A DNA stretch of 64,000 nt from Planctomycetota bacterium (GCA_019636195.1 JAHBYA010000001.1:98642-162641), one strand, 5' to 3'; counted from the stretch's first letter, positions 42,791 to 53,085 are shown. The notes: generated by a model from the sequence alone, not told the origin. Numbers and translations are program-made.

Positions 42791-42878
42791 TGGCGGAGGG
42801 AGGGGGATTCGAACCCCCGGTACCTTGCGGTACACGCGCTTTCCAAGCGCGCACAATCGGCCACTCTGTCACCCCTCC
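42791..42878 (-). tRNA. tRNA-Ser (anticodon GGA), 88 nt, with a long variable arm and encoded CCA
   Basis: Acceptor GGAGGGG/TCCCTCC, 3-bp D stem, anticodon loop TTGGAAA, variable-arm hairpin GTACC-GCAA-GGTAC, T arm GGGGG-TTCGAAT-CCCCC, then GCCA. Confidence 0.85.
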
Positions 42879-42926
42879 GCGTGCGGCGAATGGTAACGAC
42901 CCGCGGTTGCCCGGCAAGGCGCAGCT

Positions 42927-44117
42927 TCACTTTGCTATCTGGCGCCGCGAGAACAGCCACGCCCCGGGCAGCAGCACCAGCAGGCCCCCGCACAAGCGCA
43001 ACAGGCCGTCGCTCCAGGCACCTGCTGCCACAACGCGGCCCGCAAGGTACTCGTCAAAGTGCCGGTCAGGAAACAACTGCGGCAGGTCTGCCAGTTCGTC
43101 GCTTCCTCTTTCCAGCAGGCTGCGCTCGCGCGTTGCGCCCTCGACATCGGCGCGGCGGGCCCGCGCCATGCCCGGTGCGCCAGCCGCCGACGGCAGTAAT
43201 GTCAAAGTCGCCAGCAGCAGCAGACCCGCCAGCGCCGCAGTCGGCGCCGTAGAGAGCGCACGCACAGCCAGCACCACGCAAAAGCACAGGAGTGTTGCCC
43301 CCGCCGACAGCGCAAGCAGCGCAAGCAGGCTGGCCGATGCGCCGCCCGTGCCGGTCTGAAAGCGCACCATGCGGTCAGACAGGCCGATCAACAGTGTCGG
43401 GTCAACCGGCTCGATCACGAGGTGCGTGGCGCCGCTGCTTTCGCCGCGAAAACTGACGCGCCGACGCGACTCAACTTTCAGCTCAAGCGGTGCGCGGCCA
43501 TCCGGGCCTTCAGCCCACAGCGCCACGGGTGAACCCTGCCGCGGCGATGCCTCGGCTGTCCAGATCGGCACAAACTCGATCTCTCCTGCAATGGCCTGGC
43601 CCGTGGGCAAGCCCGCCCTGAACCATTCGCCGCGCAACGGGTTGGCCGCCAACGATTGTCCGGGCTTCATCTCAAGGACTTCCGTTGTGCCATTCCGCAG
43701 CCGCGCCATTTCGAGCGATGCCGGCCCTGAAGTTTGCACGAAATCACTGCCAAACGTGGCGTTGCTGATCCTTCCCCCGATAGCAAAGAGTCCAGCCGAC
43801 GCGGCTACCAGCGCCGCGCCCGCCAGTACCGTGCCCGCGAACCACTCTAGGCGTCGCGCGGGCAGCAGCGCGTATCCGCGCTTGAGCGCCGGCTGCAGCA
43901 GAAACGCGCCCCCGGAGATGGCGGCCAGCGGCAGCAGCACGCGCAGACCCTCCACGGGCAGCATGCGTGACAGCCAGTCGCGCGTTGGCGCGTCGTCGCC
44001 AAACGCCCATGCGAGGCCGGGCGCCGCCATCACCAGCGCCAGCTTAGCCAGGGGTGTCAGGCGCGAACGCAAGACTTCGCGCAGCGTCACGCCCGCAATG
44101 GCAAGTGCGCGTTTCAA
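42927..44117 (-). CDS. Polytopic membrane protein, putative ABC-2-type permease partner of the downstream ATPase
   Basis: Several hydrophobic helices with a large extracytoplasmic loop. 4-nt overlap with the ABC ATPase gene. Confidence 0.5.
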   Translation of the reverse strand: MKRALAIAGVTLREVLRSRLTPLAKLALVMAAPGLAWAFGDDAPTRDWLSRMLPVEGLRVLLPLAAISGGAFLLQPALKRGYALLPARRLEWFAGTVLAGAALVAASAGLFAIGGRISNATFGSDFVQTSGPASLEMARLRNGTTEVLEMKPGQSLAANPLRGEWFRAGLPTGQAIAGEIEFVPIWTAEASPRQGSPVALWAEGPDGRAPLELKVESRRRVSFRGESSGATHLVIEPVDPTLLIGLSDRMVRFQTGTGGASASLLALLALSAGATLLCFCVVLAVRALSTAPTAALAGLLLLATLTLLPSAAGAPGMARARRADVEGATRERSLLERGSDELADLPQLFPDRHFDEYLAGRVVAAGAWSDGLLRLCGGLLVLLPGAWLFSRRQIAK

Positions 44118-44965
44118 GATTTGTCCCCATGTTTCAACATGCGCAGATAGAACGCCTCAAGCGTGCGCATCGGCGAGCGACTGCTTATGACGTTCAGGCC
44201 CATCTGTTTCGCAAGCGCCTCAAGCTCAGCGATTGCCGCCTTGTCAGGCGGGCTCACTCGCAGTTCGTGGGTTTCGGTTTCCCGCAGCAGCTCTTCCAGG
44301 GTGCCCTCGCTCAGCAATCGGCCGTGATTGATAAAGGCTACGCGGTCGCACACATTCTCGAGTTCGCCCAGCAGGTGGCTGGAAATCAGAATTGCTTTGC
44401 CCTGATCGCGCAGTCCGGCGATCAGTTCTTTCATCTGCACAGCCCCCAGCGGGTCCAGCCCGCTGGTCGGTTCATCCAGGATGAACACGTCGGGATCCCC
44501 CACCAACACGGTCGCCACGCCAAGCCGCCGCTGCATGCCCTTGCTGAACCCCTTTACCCGGCGCTTTGCCGCATCCTTGAGCCCCACGCGATCAAGCAGC
44601 TCGTCTGCTGTCGCCGCTGCTTGCGTGCGCGTCAGGCCAGCCAGCGCGCCGTGCAAGCGCAATGTTTCGCGGGCGTTCAGGAAGGGAAGCAATGTGCTGT
44701 CTTCGGACAGGTATCCCGTGGCTCGGCGCGCGGCCATGGTGCCGGGGCGATGTCCGTTGATACTGACAGACCCTGCATTGGGCCGGATCAGACCGGCAGC
44801 AATCTTGAAGGCTGTGCTTTTGCCGCTGCCGTTGGGTCCCAGAAGGCCGAAGACCTGGCCCTTGTCAACCGAAAGCGAAAGGCCGTCGAGCGCCTGAACG
44901 CTGCGACGGCCGAAGAAGTCTCGGAAAGTTTTGCTGAGGCCGCTGAACTCAATTGCGGGCACGGT
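44114..44965 (-). CDS. ABC transporter ATP-binding protein
   Basis: Walker A GPNGSGKST, signature FSKGMQRRL, Walker B FILDEPTSGLD. A probable GTG start at 44965 follows a GGAAG ribosome-binding site; the track ORF extends to 45109. Confidence 0.75.
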   Translation of the reverse strand, partial: TVPAIEFSGLSKTFRDFFGRRSVQALDGLSLSVDKGQVFGLLGPNGSGKSTAFKIAAGLIRPNAGSVSINGHRPGTMAARRATGYLSEDSTLLPFLNARETLRLHGALAGLTRTQAAATADELLDRVGLKDAAKRRVKGFSKGMQRRLGVATVLVGDPDVFILDEPTSGLDPLGAVQMKELIAGLRDQGKAILISSHLLGELENVCDRVAFINHGRLLSEGTLEELLRETETHELRVSPPDKAAIAELEALAKQMGLNVISSRSPMRTLEAFYLRMLKHGDKS

Positions 44966-44976
44966 TACTTCCGCGC

Positions 44977-45174
44977 TTACATTTGCGAAAGGTACGTGGC
45001 CTGAAGTTTGCGCTTCAGCGCCTGACGCTTCTTGCGGTTGCGGGTGACGCTTGGCTTTTCGTAGTAGGCAACGCGCTTCATGGCCCGAGTAAGGCCTTCT
45101 TTCTCGCACGCCTTCTTGAAGCGACGAAGTAGCTGGTCCACTGATTCAGAACTGCGTGCCTTGATCTTCACCAT
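44977..45174 (-). CDS. rpsU: 30S ribosomal protein S21
   Basis: 65 aa. MVKIKARSSESVDQLLRRFKKACEKEGLTRAMKRVAYYEKPS matches the S21 family. Confidence 0.8.
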   Translation of the reverse strand: MVKIKARSSESVDQLLRRFKKACEKEGLTRAMKRVAYYEKPSVTRNRKKRQALKRKLQATYLSQM

Positions 45175-45370
45175 ACCCGTACGTTCCCAACCCTAGTCAA
45201 CAAAAAAACAGTCCCGCCGCTTGCGGGGCAGCAATATTAGCTCCGGCACTCTCGCATGCAACAGGGTGACACGGGCGGCTGCAATCAGTGCAGTCAGCGA
45301 AGTCTCCCGGGCCAGAAAATTTCTGGATTGCGCAGCCGCCGACCATCGTTCCTATTGCCGAACTTACCTA

Positions 45371-45382
45371 CCGGACGGTATA
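45371..45382 (+). promoter_or_regulatory. Palindrome TACCG-GA-CGGTA just upstream of the tetR start; candidate TetR autoregulatory operator
   Basis: Perfect 5-bp inverted repeat with a 2-bp spacer, sited in the rpsU/tetR divergent region. Confidence 0.2.
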
Positions 45383-45390
45383 GGGGCAAC

Positions 45391-45993
45391 ATGCCATCCA
45401 GCGACGACACCTGCACACGCGGCGAAATCCTGAAGCAAGCTGCCAAGCTGTTTGCGCAGCGCGGGTTTGACGCAGTCAGTGTGCGCGAAATCGTTGAGGC
45501 CGCCGGCTGCACCAAACCGTCGTTGTACTACCACTTCGAAAGCAAGGAGGGCCTTGCCCTTGCCCTGATGGGCGAGTTCATCGAGGCCGCCGTCACCGCC
45601 CGCACACGAGCATTTGCGCAGGCGGTCGATGCGGAAGGGGCGTTCGTGCTGTTCGGCCGCGAGATGTTGAAGCTGGCTGTAAAGTTCAAGGACACGCTGG
45701 CGTTCGGTTTTTCCATCTGGTTCGGGCGCAGCAGCCTGAAATCCCTGATGGCCAGAGTCGAAGAAACGGACCGGAAGGCGTACGAAGAGTGGCACAAGGC
45801 GCTGGTGCGGCTGGGCATGTCGCCCACCGTGGCGATGACCGCCGTGCGCGCCTACTGGTCCATGCTGCTGCACGAGTTGATGCAGGTCGTGCAGTGCCCC
45901 AAATGGAAGGGCAACCCGGAAGAAGTGTCGCAACAGATTACGCGCGTCGTGCTGCACGGCGTGCTGAGTCTTGAGCCCGTGAGGAAGAGATGA
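45391..45993 (+). CDS. TetR/AcrR-family transcriptional regulator
   Basis: N-terminal HTH (ILKQAAKLFAQRGFDAVSVREIVEAAGCTKPSLYYHF). 4-nt overlap with the downstream MFP gene. Confidence 0.75.
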   Translation: MPSSDDTCTRGEILKQAAKLFAQRGFDAVSVREIVEAAGCTKPSLYYHFESKEGLALALMGEFIEAAVTARTRAFAQAVDAEGAFVLFGREMLKLAVKFKDTLAFGFSIWFGRSSLKSLMARVEETDRKAYEEWHKALVRLGMSPTVAMTAVRAYWSMLLHELMQVVQCPKWKGNPEEVSQQITRVVLHGVLSLEPVRKR

Positions 45994-47150
45994 GAGCCCG
46001 TAAACTGTTGATTGTTTTGCCCCTGCTGCTTGCAGCATGCGGCCCCCAGATGCCGCCAGCGCCGGATAACAGCCTTGCCCGCCGCAATGTCGTGGCTGGG
46101 CCGATCGAGTTGCGGCCGCTGGAAGTCAAGATCACGCTGCCGGTTGTCACACGCCCCATTGAAGAACTTGAGATTCGCGCGGCGGTGCCCGGGCGGCTGG
46201 TCTCCATGCCTCATGACAAGGGCGACCAGGTGAAGGCCTCAAACGTTCCGCAGGCCGCATGGACCGCAGAAGACGAGTTCAAGGCGCAGCACCCCGCAGC
46301 CACCGAGGAACAGGTTGCGCTACGCAACCTGTCGCACCTCACGGGCTTCGCTCCGTTCGCAATGGTGGACGACAGCGCCTTGGTACAGGGCTTTCGCGAA
46401 GCACAGGCCATGTACGACCAGGCAGTACGCGACCTCAAGCGCCTGCGCGAGTATCCTGACACCACCGGCAGCCAGCTTGACAACGCGCGTACACGCCGCG
46501 ACACGGCACGGGCGGCCGCCCTGCGCGTGATGTCGCAGATCGAAGATACGCGCATTTGCAGCCCGGTTTCCGGACTAGTAACGCTGCGCGCCCGCAAGCA
46601 GGGCGAGTATGTAAACCCCGGCGAACTGATCGCGACCGTGGCGGTCATGCGCACGATTCGCGCCGACCTCGAGCTGCCGGAGACTCATTTCAGCGCGATC
46701 AAGGTTGGCGACAGCGTCGCCGTCACGTTGCGGACACTGAGAGACGACAAGGGCGCCACGCTGGTACGCAACGGCATCGTCGCACGCAAGGACACGGTAG
46801 CGCACCCGCAAACGCACAGCTTCACGGTTGAGATTGACCTGGACAACGCCGACCTGGCGTTGCCCGCCGGCTTGTTCGGCACGGTCGAGGTTGTGACCTA
46901 CCGCCGCGAGAATGCGCTGGTAGTGCCCCTTTCCGCGGTGAAGTTGAACGGGCCGCGAAAGTCGCTGTTCGTGGTCAAGGGCGACCGAGTCAAGGAAATC
47001 CCGAACATCCAGATCGGCCAGCTTTCCATGGAGTGGGCAGAGATTCTGGGTGACCCCGTCAAGCCCGGCGAACGCGTTGTCACCAGCGGCGCGCAATGGT
47101 TGGGCGACGGCGACCTCGTGAACGCAATGGACAAAGAACCGACTGCATAG
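45990..47150 (+). CDS. RND efflux periplasmic adaptor (membrane fusion protein, HlyD/AcrA family) lipoprotein
   Basis: Lipobox LLAAC. Biotin-lipoyl-like and beta-barrel regions (ICSPVSGLVTLRARKQGEYVNPGELIATV). Confidence 0.8.
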   Translation: MRARKLLIVLPLLLAACGPQMPPAPDNSLARRNVVAGPIELRPLEVKITLPVVTRPIEELEIRAAVPGRLVSMPHDKGDQVKASNVPQAAWTAEDEFKAQHPAATEEQVALRNLSHLTGFAPFAMVDDSALVQGFREAQAMYDQAVRDLKRLREYPDTTGSQLDNARTRRDTARAAALRVMSQIEDTRICSPVSGLVTLRARKQGEYVNPGELIATVAVMRTIRADLELPETHFSAIKVGDSVAVTLRTLRDDKGATLVRNGIVARKDTVAHPQTHSFTVEIDLDNADLALPAGLFGTVEVVTYRRENALVVPLSAVKLNGPRKSLFVVKGDRVKEIPNIQIGQLSMEWAEILGDPVKPGERVVTSGAQWLGDGDLVNAMDKEPTA

Positions 47151-47169
47151 ACGCGCAACAGGGCGAGCC

Positions 47170-50100
47170 ATGAAACTTTCCGACTTTTCAATCGACCGTC
47201 GCATCCCGGTGTTCGTGCTGATCGCTGCCATCTTCGTGATGGGCATTTACAGCTACGCCACGCTGCCCCGCGAAAGCACGCCTGACATCAAGGTGCCGCT
47301 CGTGACGGTGGCTGTGCCGTGGCCCGAGGCGAGCCCCGAAGACGTGGAGAAGTCAATCACGGTGCCGCTTGAACGGGAACTGCGCAACGTAAAGGGCCTG
47401 AAGGAACTCAGCAGTGTCAGCAGTGAGGGCATCTCGATCACCACCTGCGAGTTTGACCCCAGCGTGCCGGTCGAGGAAGCCCTGCAGAAGGTGAGAGAGA
47501 AGTACGACCGCGCCAAGGCCGAGTTTCCGGCAGATGTCGAAGACGAGACCATCAGCGAACTGAGCTTCTCCGAGTTCCCGATCATGATTGTCACGCTGTA
47601 TGGCGCCGACGTCACGGTGTTGGAAAAGCTCGCCGAGGAGCTTGAAGACAAGATCGAGGGCATCGACGGCGTGCTGGATGTGACCATTGCCGGCGGCGTG
47701 GAGCCGCAAATCGAAATCGAGGTTGATCCCGAGAAGCTGCAAGCCTATCGGCTGCCCGTGAACCAGTTGATTGAAACCCTGCGCGGCGAGAACAACGACA
47801 TCTCAGCGGGCGGCGTTGACACCGGCCTGGTAAAGACGTCGGTGCGCCTGCCCGGCGCGTTCAAGACCGCGGCAGACGTTGAGTCGCTGGTGATTCACCA
47901 GGTTGATGGACGGCCGGTCTATCTGCGCGACGTTGCGCGGGCCTATCGCAGCTACAAAGACCCGATCAGCTACGCGCGCCGCGACGGCCAGCCGTCTGTG
48001 CAACTGAGCATAAGCAAGCGCGCCGGCGCCAACATCATCGTGATCGCCGAGACCATCAAGTACGGTATGGCGCAGGCCAAGCACGACTTTCCGGCAGGCG
48101 TGGAGTACGCGATCCTGACCGACGCCAGCCACGACATCCGCAACATGGTCACCGACCTTGAAAACAACATTCTTTCGGGCCTGGTGCTGGTGTTGCTGGT
48201 GATTTTCTTCGCGCTGGGCTTTCGTAACGCCCTGTTCGTGGCCACGGCTATTCCGCTTTCGCTGCTGATCAGCTTTTCGGTGCTTCAGTTGATGGGCGTA
48301 ACGCTGAACATGGTGGTACTGTTCGCGCTGATCCTGGCCCAGGGCATGCTGGTCGATAACGCCATCGTGATCATTGAGAACATCTATCGCCACATCGGCA
48401 TGAACAAAACGCCGGTGCAGGCTGCCAAAGACGCCACGGCCGAAGTGGCGTGGCCCGTCATCGCAAGCACAGCCACCACACTGGGCGCGTTCGGGCCCAT
48501 GCTGTTCTGGCCGGGCATCATGGGCGAGTTCATGAGTTTCCTGCCGCTGACAGTGATTGTTACGCTCGTAAGCAGCCTTTTCGTGGCGTTGGTGATCAAC
48601 CCGACTATCGCCGCCACTTTCATGCGCTTTCGCAAGCCGACGCAGAAGCCCATCAACCGCAAGGTTGAGGGCTTCGGCAACGCTGCTCTGGCGTCATATG
48701 AGCAGCTTCTGCGTATGGCCCTGCGTTGGCCCAAGGTGTGGCTTGGTGCCGCGTTCATGTTCCTGGTCGCGACTGTCATGCTGTACGGCGTGATGGGCCA
48801 CGGCGTGGAACTGTTCCCCAAGGTTGAACCCAAGCTGGCGTTCGTGAACATCACAGCCGCCGAAGGCACCAGCCTGCAACGCACGGATGAGCTGGCCAAG
48901 CTTGTTGAGTCACGGCTTCCGCCGGGGCAGGGCATCGTCAAGGGCATTGAGACCACCGTGGGCGGCGTAGGCGCCGGCAATCCCATGGAAGGGGGTGCGG
49001 ATGCCACCCACCTTGCGCGCATCACGGTCAGCTTTCTGGACCAGGAAGACCGCACCGGCAGCCCCATGAAGTGGCTTGAAGACCTGCGCCCGATGCTTGA
49101 AGACCTGCCGGGCGCGGACTTTGAGGTCAAGGAGCAGGCCGTCGGCCCCCCCACCGGCGCGCCGATCAACGTCGAAATCTCGGTCGATGACGAGCAAAGG
49201 CTCGGCGAAGCTGTGCTGAAAGTGCGCCGCATCGTGGAAAGCACTCCCGGCGTGGTTGACATCCGCGACAACCTGCGCACCGGCAAGCCCGAGCTGCGCA
49301 TCCGTGTTGACCGGCAGAAAGCGGCGCTGCTCGGCCTCAATACCCAGTGGATCGGTAACTTCGTCAAGATGCTGATCAACGGCCAGCGCATCGGCGGCTA
49401 TGACGAACGCAACGAGGAACGCGACATCATCGTGCGCCTGCCCGCGGAGTCGCGCAATGATCCGGCTGTGCTGGACGCGATACGGGTAAGTGATCGCTTC
49501 GGCAACTCGATCCCGCTCAGCACCGTCTGCACCTGGGAGTACACGGGCGGGCCCGGCACCGTGCGTCGCAAGGACGGGCGCCGCATCCTCACCGTCTCGG
49601 GCAACCTGGCCCCCGGTTACCAGGCCGAGCCGCTGCTGGCTGAGATTGAAAAGAAGATCAGTGCTGAAGCCGCAACCTTCCCTGCCGGCTTCAAGGCCAG
49701 TTTCACCGGCGAAAGCGAAGACAAGAACGAGGCCCAGGACTTCCTGAGCAAGGCGTTTGTGATTGCCCTGCTGCTGATCCTGTTGATCCTGGTGTTGCAG
49801 TTCAACAGCCTGCTGCAAAGCGGCATCATTCTCAGCAGTGTTGTGCTCTCGACTGTTGGCGTGTTCATCAGCCTGATCGTGCTGGCGCAACCATTCGGCA
49901 TCATCATGACCGGCGTGGCTGTGATTGCGCTGGCGGGCGTGGTCGTGAACAACGCGATCGTGATGATCGACTACATCAACCAGCTCAGGCGTATCCACGG
50001 GCGTACGCTGCTGGATGCCATCGTTGAGGGCGGGCGCACGCGTCTTCGCCCCGTAATGCTGACCGCGATCACCACCGCGCTGGGGTTGTTCCCCATGGCG

Positions 50101-50406
50101 CTGGGCGTCAGCTTCAACTTCTTTGAGTTCCGGTTTGTGATGGGCGGCGAAAGCTCCGAGTGGTGGGCGCCGCTTGCTACAGCCATGATCTTCGGCCTGA
50201 TGATCGCAACCGTGTTGACGCTCGTGGTGGTGCCGTGCGCGTACCTTGTGACGGCCCGCTTCGGTGAAAATGCCAGCCGCTTCTTCCGGCGAGTATTCGG
50301 CAGCCCCGAAGACCTGGCGGCTGAGCAGTCGCCGCAGCCTGCGAAACCCGAAGTCGTGCCCGAGTCCGACGAAGTGCCGGTGCTTGAGCCGACTCACAGT
50401 GCATAG
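47170..50406 (+). CDS. RND multidrug efflux pump (AcrB/HAE1 family inner-membrane transporter)
   Basis: 1078 aa with 12 TM helices, two large periplasmic loops and AcrB family conservation. Confidence 0.9.
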   Translation: MKLSDFSIDRRIPVFVLIAAIFVMGIYSYATLPRESTPDIKVPLVTVAVPWPEASPEDVEKSITVPLERELRNVKGLKELSSVSSEGISITTCEFDPSVPVEEALQKVREKYDRAKAEFPADVEDETISELSFSEFPIMIVTLYGADVTVLEKLAEELEDKIEGIDGVLDVTIAGGVEPQIEIEVDPEKLQAYRLPVNQLIETLRGENNDISAGGVDTGLVKTSVRLPGAFKTAADVESLVIHQVDGRPVYLRDVARAYRSYKDPISYARRDGQPSVQLSISKRAGANIIVIAETIKYGMAQAKHDFPAGVEYAILTDASHDIRNMVTDLENNILSGLVLVLLVIFFALGFRNALFVATAIPLSLLISFSVLQLMGVTLNMVVLFALILAQGMLVDNAIVIIENIYRHIGMNKTPVQAAKDATAEVAWPVIASTATTLGAFGPMLFWPGIMGEFMSFLPLTVIVTLVSSLFVALVINPTIAATFMRFRKPTQKPINRKVEGFGNAALASYEQLLRMALRWPKVWLGAAFMFLVATVMLYGVMGHGVELFPKVEPKLAFVNITAAEGTSLQRTDELAKLVESRLPPGQGIVKGIETTVGGVGAGNPMEGGADATHLARITVSFLDQEDRTGSPMKWLEDLRPMLEDLPGADFEVKEQAVGPPTGAPINVEISVDDEQRLGEAVLKVRRIVESTPGVVDIRDNLRTGKPELRIRVDRQKAALLGLNTQWIGNFVKMLINGQRIGGYDERNEERDIIVRLPAESRNDPAVLDAIRVSDRFGNSIPLSTVCTWEYTGGPGTVRRKDGRRILTVSGNLAPGYQAEPLLAEIEKKISAEAATFPAGFKASFTGESEDKNEAQDFLSKAFVIALLLILLILVLQFNSLLQSGIILSSVVLSTVGVFISLIVLAQPFGIIMTGVAVIALAGVVVNNAIVMIDYINQLRRIHGRTLLDAIVEGGRTRLRPVMLTAITTALGLFPMALGVSFNFFEFRFVMGGESSEWWAPLATAMIFGLMIATVLTLVVVPCAYLVTARFGENASRFFRRVFGSPEDLAAEQSPQPAKPEVVPESDEVPVLEPTHSA

Positions 50407-51155
50407 CGCAGCAGGCCGCCAATGCCTGCCAGCGCAACCAGCAGGCCAAGTACGACCCGAAACGGGCGCGGCTTGACGTAGCGATGCAGCCACGCCCCCA
50501 GTGCCATGGCGACTATGATGCCGGGGGCGCTGTAACCGAACCATTCAACGTGGCGGACTTCAAGCGCGCCGGCCAGTGCCAGCGCCGCAAGGCGCACCGG
50601 GTTCGTCGCCACGGTCACCAGCACCGCGCGCCTGCGAAACACCGATGGGTCGCCGCCAGCCCCGTGCAGCAGCAGAAAAAACACCGGCCCCGCCATCCCG
50701 AACAACCCGCCCAGCACGCCCGCCAGCAGCCCGGTCGGGAAAGCCAGCCTGCGCACTTTGGGCTCGGGCATCGGCGTTTCGTTGCTGCGCCAGGCCAGCC
50801 ATATGCCCGCGCCGATAATCGCCAGCGATAGCAGCAGTGACAGCCAAAGCACGTCAATGCGCGTAAGCACAAAGGCAAACAGCGCCACCGTCGGGATCAT
50901 GCCCAGCAGCAGGCGCGCGGTCAGGGGTTCGGGCTTTACTTCGCGCCGCATGGCAAGCCACATCAACAGGCTGGAGAACAGGTCGGCAATCGCCAGCCAG
51001 TACAGCCCGTCGGCCAGCGTAAGCCCGCCGCCAAGGCCCATTGCCAGCGCCACCAGCAGCAGTGCGTTGAAGACAATGGCGCTGGCGGCACCGACTACGC
51101 CCTTCACAAAGAAGGCAATGAAGGCAAAGCCGCAGATCAGGATGATTTCGTGCAC
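50394..51155 (-). CDS. TauE/SafE (DUF81) family sulfite/anion exporter
   Basis: 253-aa polytopic protein with the duplicated 4-TM architecture typical of TauE. Confidence 0.7.
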   Translation of the reverse strand: MHEIILICGFAFIAFFVKGVVGAASAIVFNALLLVALAMGLGGGLTLADGLYWLAIADLFSSLLMWLAMRREVKPEPLTARLLLGMIPTVALFAFVLTRIDVLWLSLLLSLAIIGAGIWLAWRSNETPMPEPKVRRLAFPTGLLAGVLGGLFGMAGPVFFLLLHGAGGDPSVFRRRAVLVTVATNPVRLAALALAGALEVRHVEWFGYSAPGIIVAMALGAWLHRYVKPRPFRVVLGLLVALAGIGGLLRYAL

Positions 51156-51195
51156 GCGCGAATGATCGAACGCGCCCGCGCCAATGCAAGCCGCG

Positions 51196-53085
51196 CTAGG
51201 GTTTCAGTTTCTCGCGCTCGGCGGCAAAGGCCTCAAAGATGGCGGCTGCCAGCTTTTCGTTGATACCCTCAACGGCGCGCAGCTCGTCAAGGCTGGCAAG
51301 CTTCACGCCCTTTGGCGACCCGAAGCGCTTGATCAGCGCGCGCTTCTTTTTCGGCCCGACGCCGGGGATGTCGTCAAGGCTGCTGCCAAGGTTGCTTTTG
51401 CGCTTTTGCTTGCGGTGAAAGGTAATCGCAAAACGGTGCGCTTCGTCGCGCACGCGCATCAGCAGGTGCAGCGCGGGGCTGTGGGCGGGCAGCACCAATG
51501 GCTCGTCGCGGCCGGGCACGAACACGCGCTCGGGCTTTTGCTCCGGCGTTTCCTGCCAGGCGGTTTCCCAGCCGGGACGCTTGCGGTCGCGGGCCTTGGC
51601 CAGCGCGACGAGGTCGATGCCGATGATGTTCAGTTCATCAAAGACCTCCTGCACGCGCCCAAGCTGGCCCGCGCCGCCGTCGATCACGACCAGGTCGGGC
51701 ACGACGCCGTCTTCAAGCGCCCGTTTCATGCGCCTGCGCAGCACTTCTTCCATGCTGGCAAAGTCGTCGTTGCGGTCGTGGGACTTGACTTTGTAGTGGC
51801 GATAGTTGGCTTTGCTAGGCTCGCCGTCGATAAAGCACACGCCGCTGCCGACGGTGTCTTTGCCGCCGCCGTGGCTGATGTCGTAGCACTCGATGCGCAC
51901 GGGCGTGCGCTCAAGACCCAGCGCTTCCTGCAACTCGCGCAGGGTCTGGCGCGAGCGCTGCTCAATTTCGGCGCGGACTTTCAGGGCGTGGCGCGCGTTT
52001 ACGTCGGCCATCTGCAAAAGTTTGGCCCGGTCGCCGCGCTGCGGGTAGATCACCTGCACTTTGCGCTCGGCGCGGTCGCTGATCCATTCGCCCAGGGCTG
52101 CCATGCCTTCAAGTTCAAGGGGCACGATCACCTCGTCGGGCACAAAGCTGGCACGCTCGTAGTACTGCATCAAAAAGCCTCGCAGCACCTCTTCGTCGGG
52201 CAGCAGCGTCTGAAACTCGCGGGTGGCGCTGTCTTCAAGGCGCCCGTCGCGGTACATCAGCGTGGCGATGCAGGCGCGGTCGGCTTGCCGGTAAAGGCCG
52301 TGAACGTCGCGGTGCGCGGTCTTGTCGGTGCCGATCTGCGCGCGCTGGCGCAGGGTGGTTTCCTGTACAGCCAGCAGTTTGTCGCGCAGGGCGGCGGCCT
52401 TTTCAAAGTCCAGTGCGCCAGAGGCTTCGTGCATGCGCTGTTCAAGGTCGCGGGCGACGCGGTCGTCCTTGCCTTCAAGGGCGCGCGTGAAGTCGCGCAC
52501 GATCGCCGTATATTGATCTTTGGTGACCTTGCCGGGCACGCACGGCGCGCAGCACACGCCGATTTCGTGATAGACGCAGGGCCGCGTGCGGTTGGCCAGC
52601 ACATGGTCGCTGCACAAGCGCAGCGGGAAAAAGCGGCGCAGCACCTCCAGCGTCTTGTACAGCTTGCCCGCGCTGTTGTACGGGCCGAAGTAGCTAGCGC
52701 CATCCAGCTTGTACTTGTGCACGATGGTCGCGCGCGGAAAGTCGTGGCGCATGTCCATGCGCACGGACACAAAGGTCTTGTCGTCGGTCGCGAGCACGAT
52801 GTTGTAGCGCGGCCGGAAACGCTTGATCAGGTTGTTCTCAAGGATCAGCGCTTCCTTTTCATGGTTGACGACAATGAACTCGACGCTTTCCGCTTTCTCC
52901 ATCAGAAAGGGGATGTGCGGGCGGCCGTCCGCGCCGGGCCGCAGATAGGCAGGCACGCGCTTTCGCAGATCAACGGCTTTGCCGACGTACAGCACCTTGC
53001 CGCGTGCGTCCTTGAAGATGTAGCAGCCGGGAGCGCTGGGCGCGGCCTGAATCTGGCGCTCAAGAATTGTCGCTTCTTCGTTCAC
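51196..53085 (-). CDS. uvrC: Excinuclease ABC subunit C
   Basis: GIY-YIG domain (GCYIFKD…VLYVGKA), UvrBC-interaction region, RNase H-like domain and C-terminal HhH. A GTG at 53085 is the likely start; the track ORF extends to 53181 and overlaps the upstream CPBP gene. Confidence 0.85.
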   Translation of the reverse strand: MNEEATILERQIQAAPSAPGCYIFKDARGKVLYVGKAVDLRKRVPAYLRPGADGRPHIPFLMEKAESVEFIVVNHEKEALILENNLIKRFRPRYNIVLATDDKTFVSVRMDMRHDFPRATIVHKYKLDGASYFGPYNSAGKLYKTLEVLRRFFPLRLCSDHVLANRTRPCVYHEIGVCCAPCVPGKVTKDQYTAIVRDFTRALEGKDDRVARDLEQRMHEASGALDFEKAAALRDKLLAVQETTLRQRAQIGTDKTAHRDVHGLYRQADRACIATLMYRDGRLEDSATREFQTLLPDEEVLRGFLMQYYERASFVPDEVIVPLELEGMAALGEWISDRAERKVQVIYPQRGDRAKLLQMADVNARHALKVRAEIEQRSRQTLRELQEALGLERTPVRIECYDISHGGGKDTVGSGVCFIDGEPSKANYRHYKVKSHDRNDDFASMEEVLRRRMKRALEDGVVPDLVVIDGGAGQLGRVQEVFDELNIIGIDLVALAKARDRKRPGWETAWQETPEQKPERVFVPGRDEPLVLPAHSPALHLLMRVRDEAHRFAITFHRKQKRKSNLGSSLDDIPGVGPKKKRALIKRFGSPKGVKLASLDELRAVEGINEKLAAAIFEAFAAEREKLKP

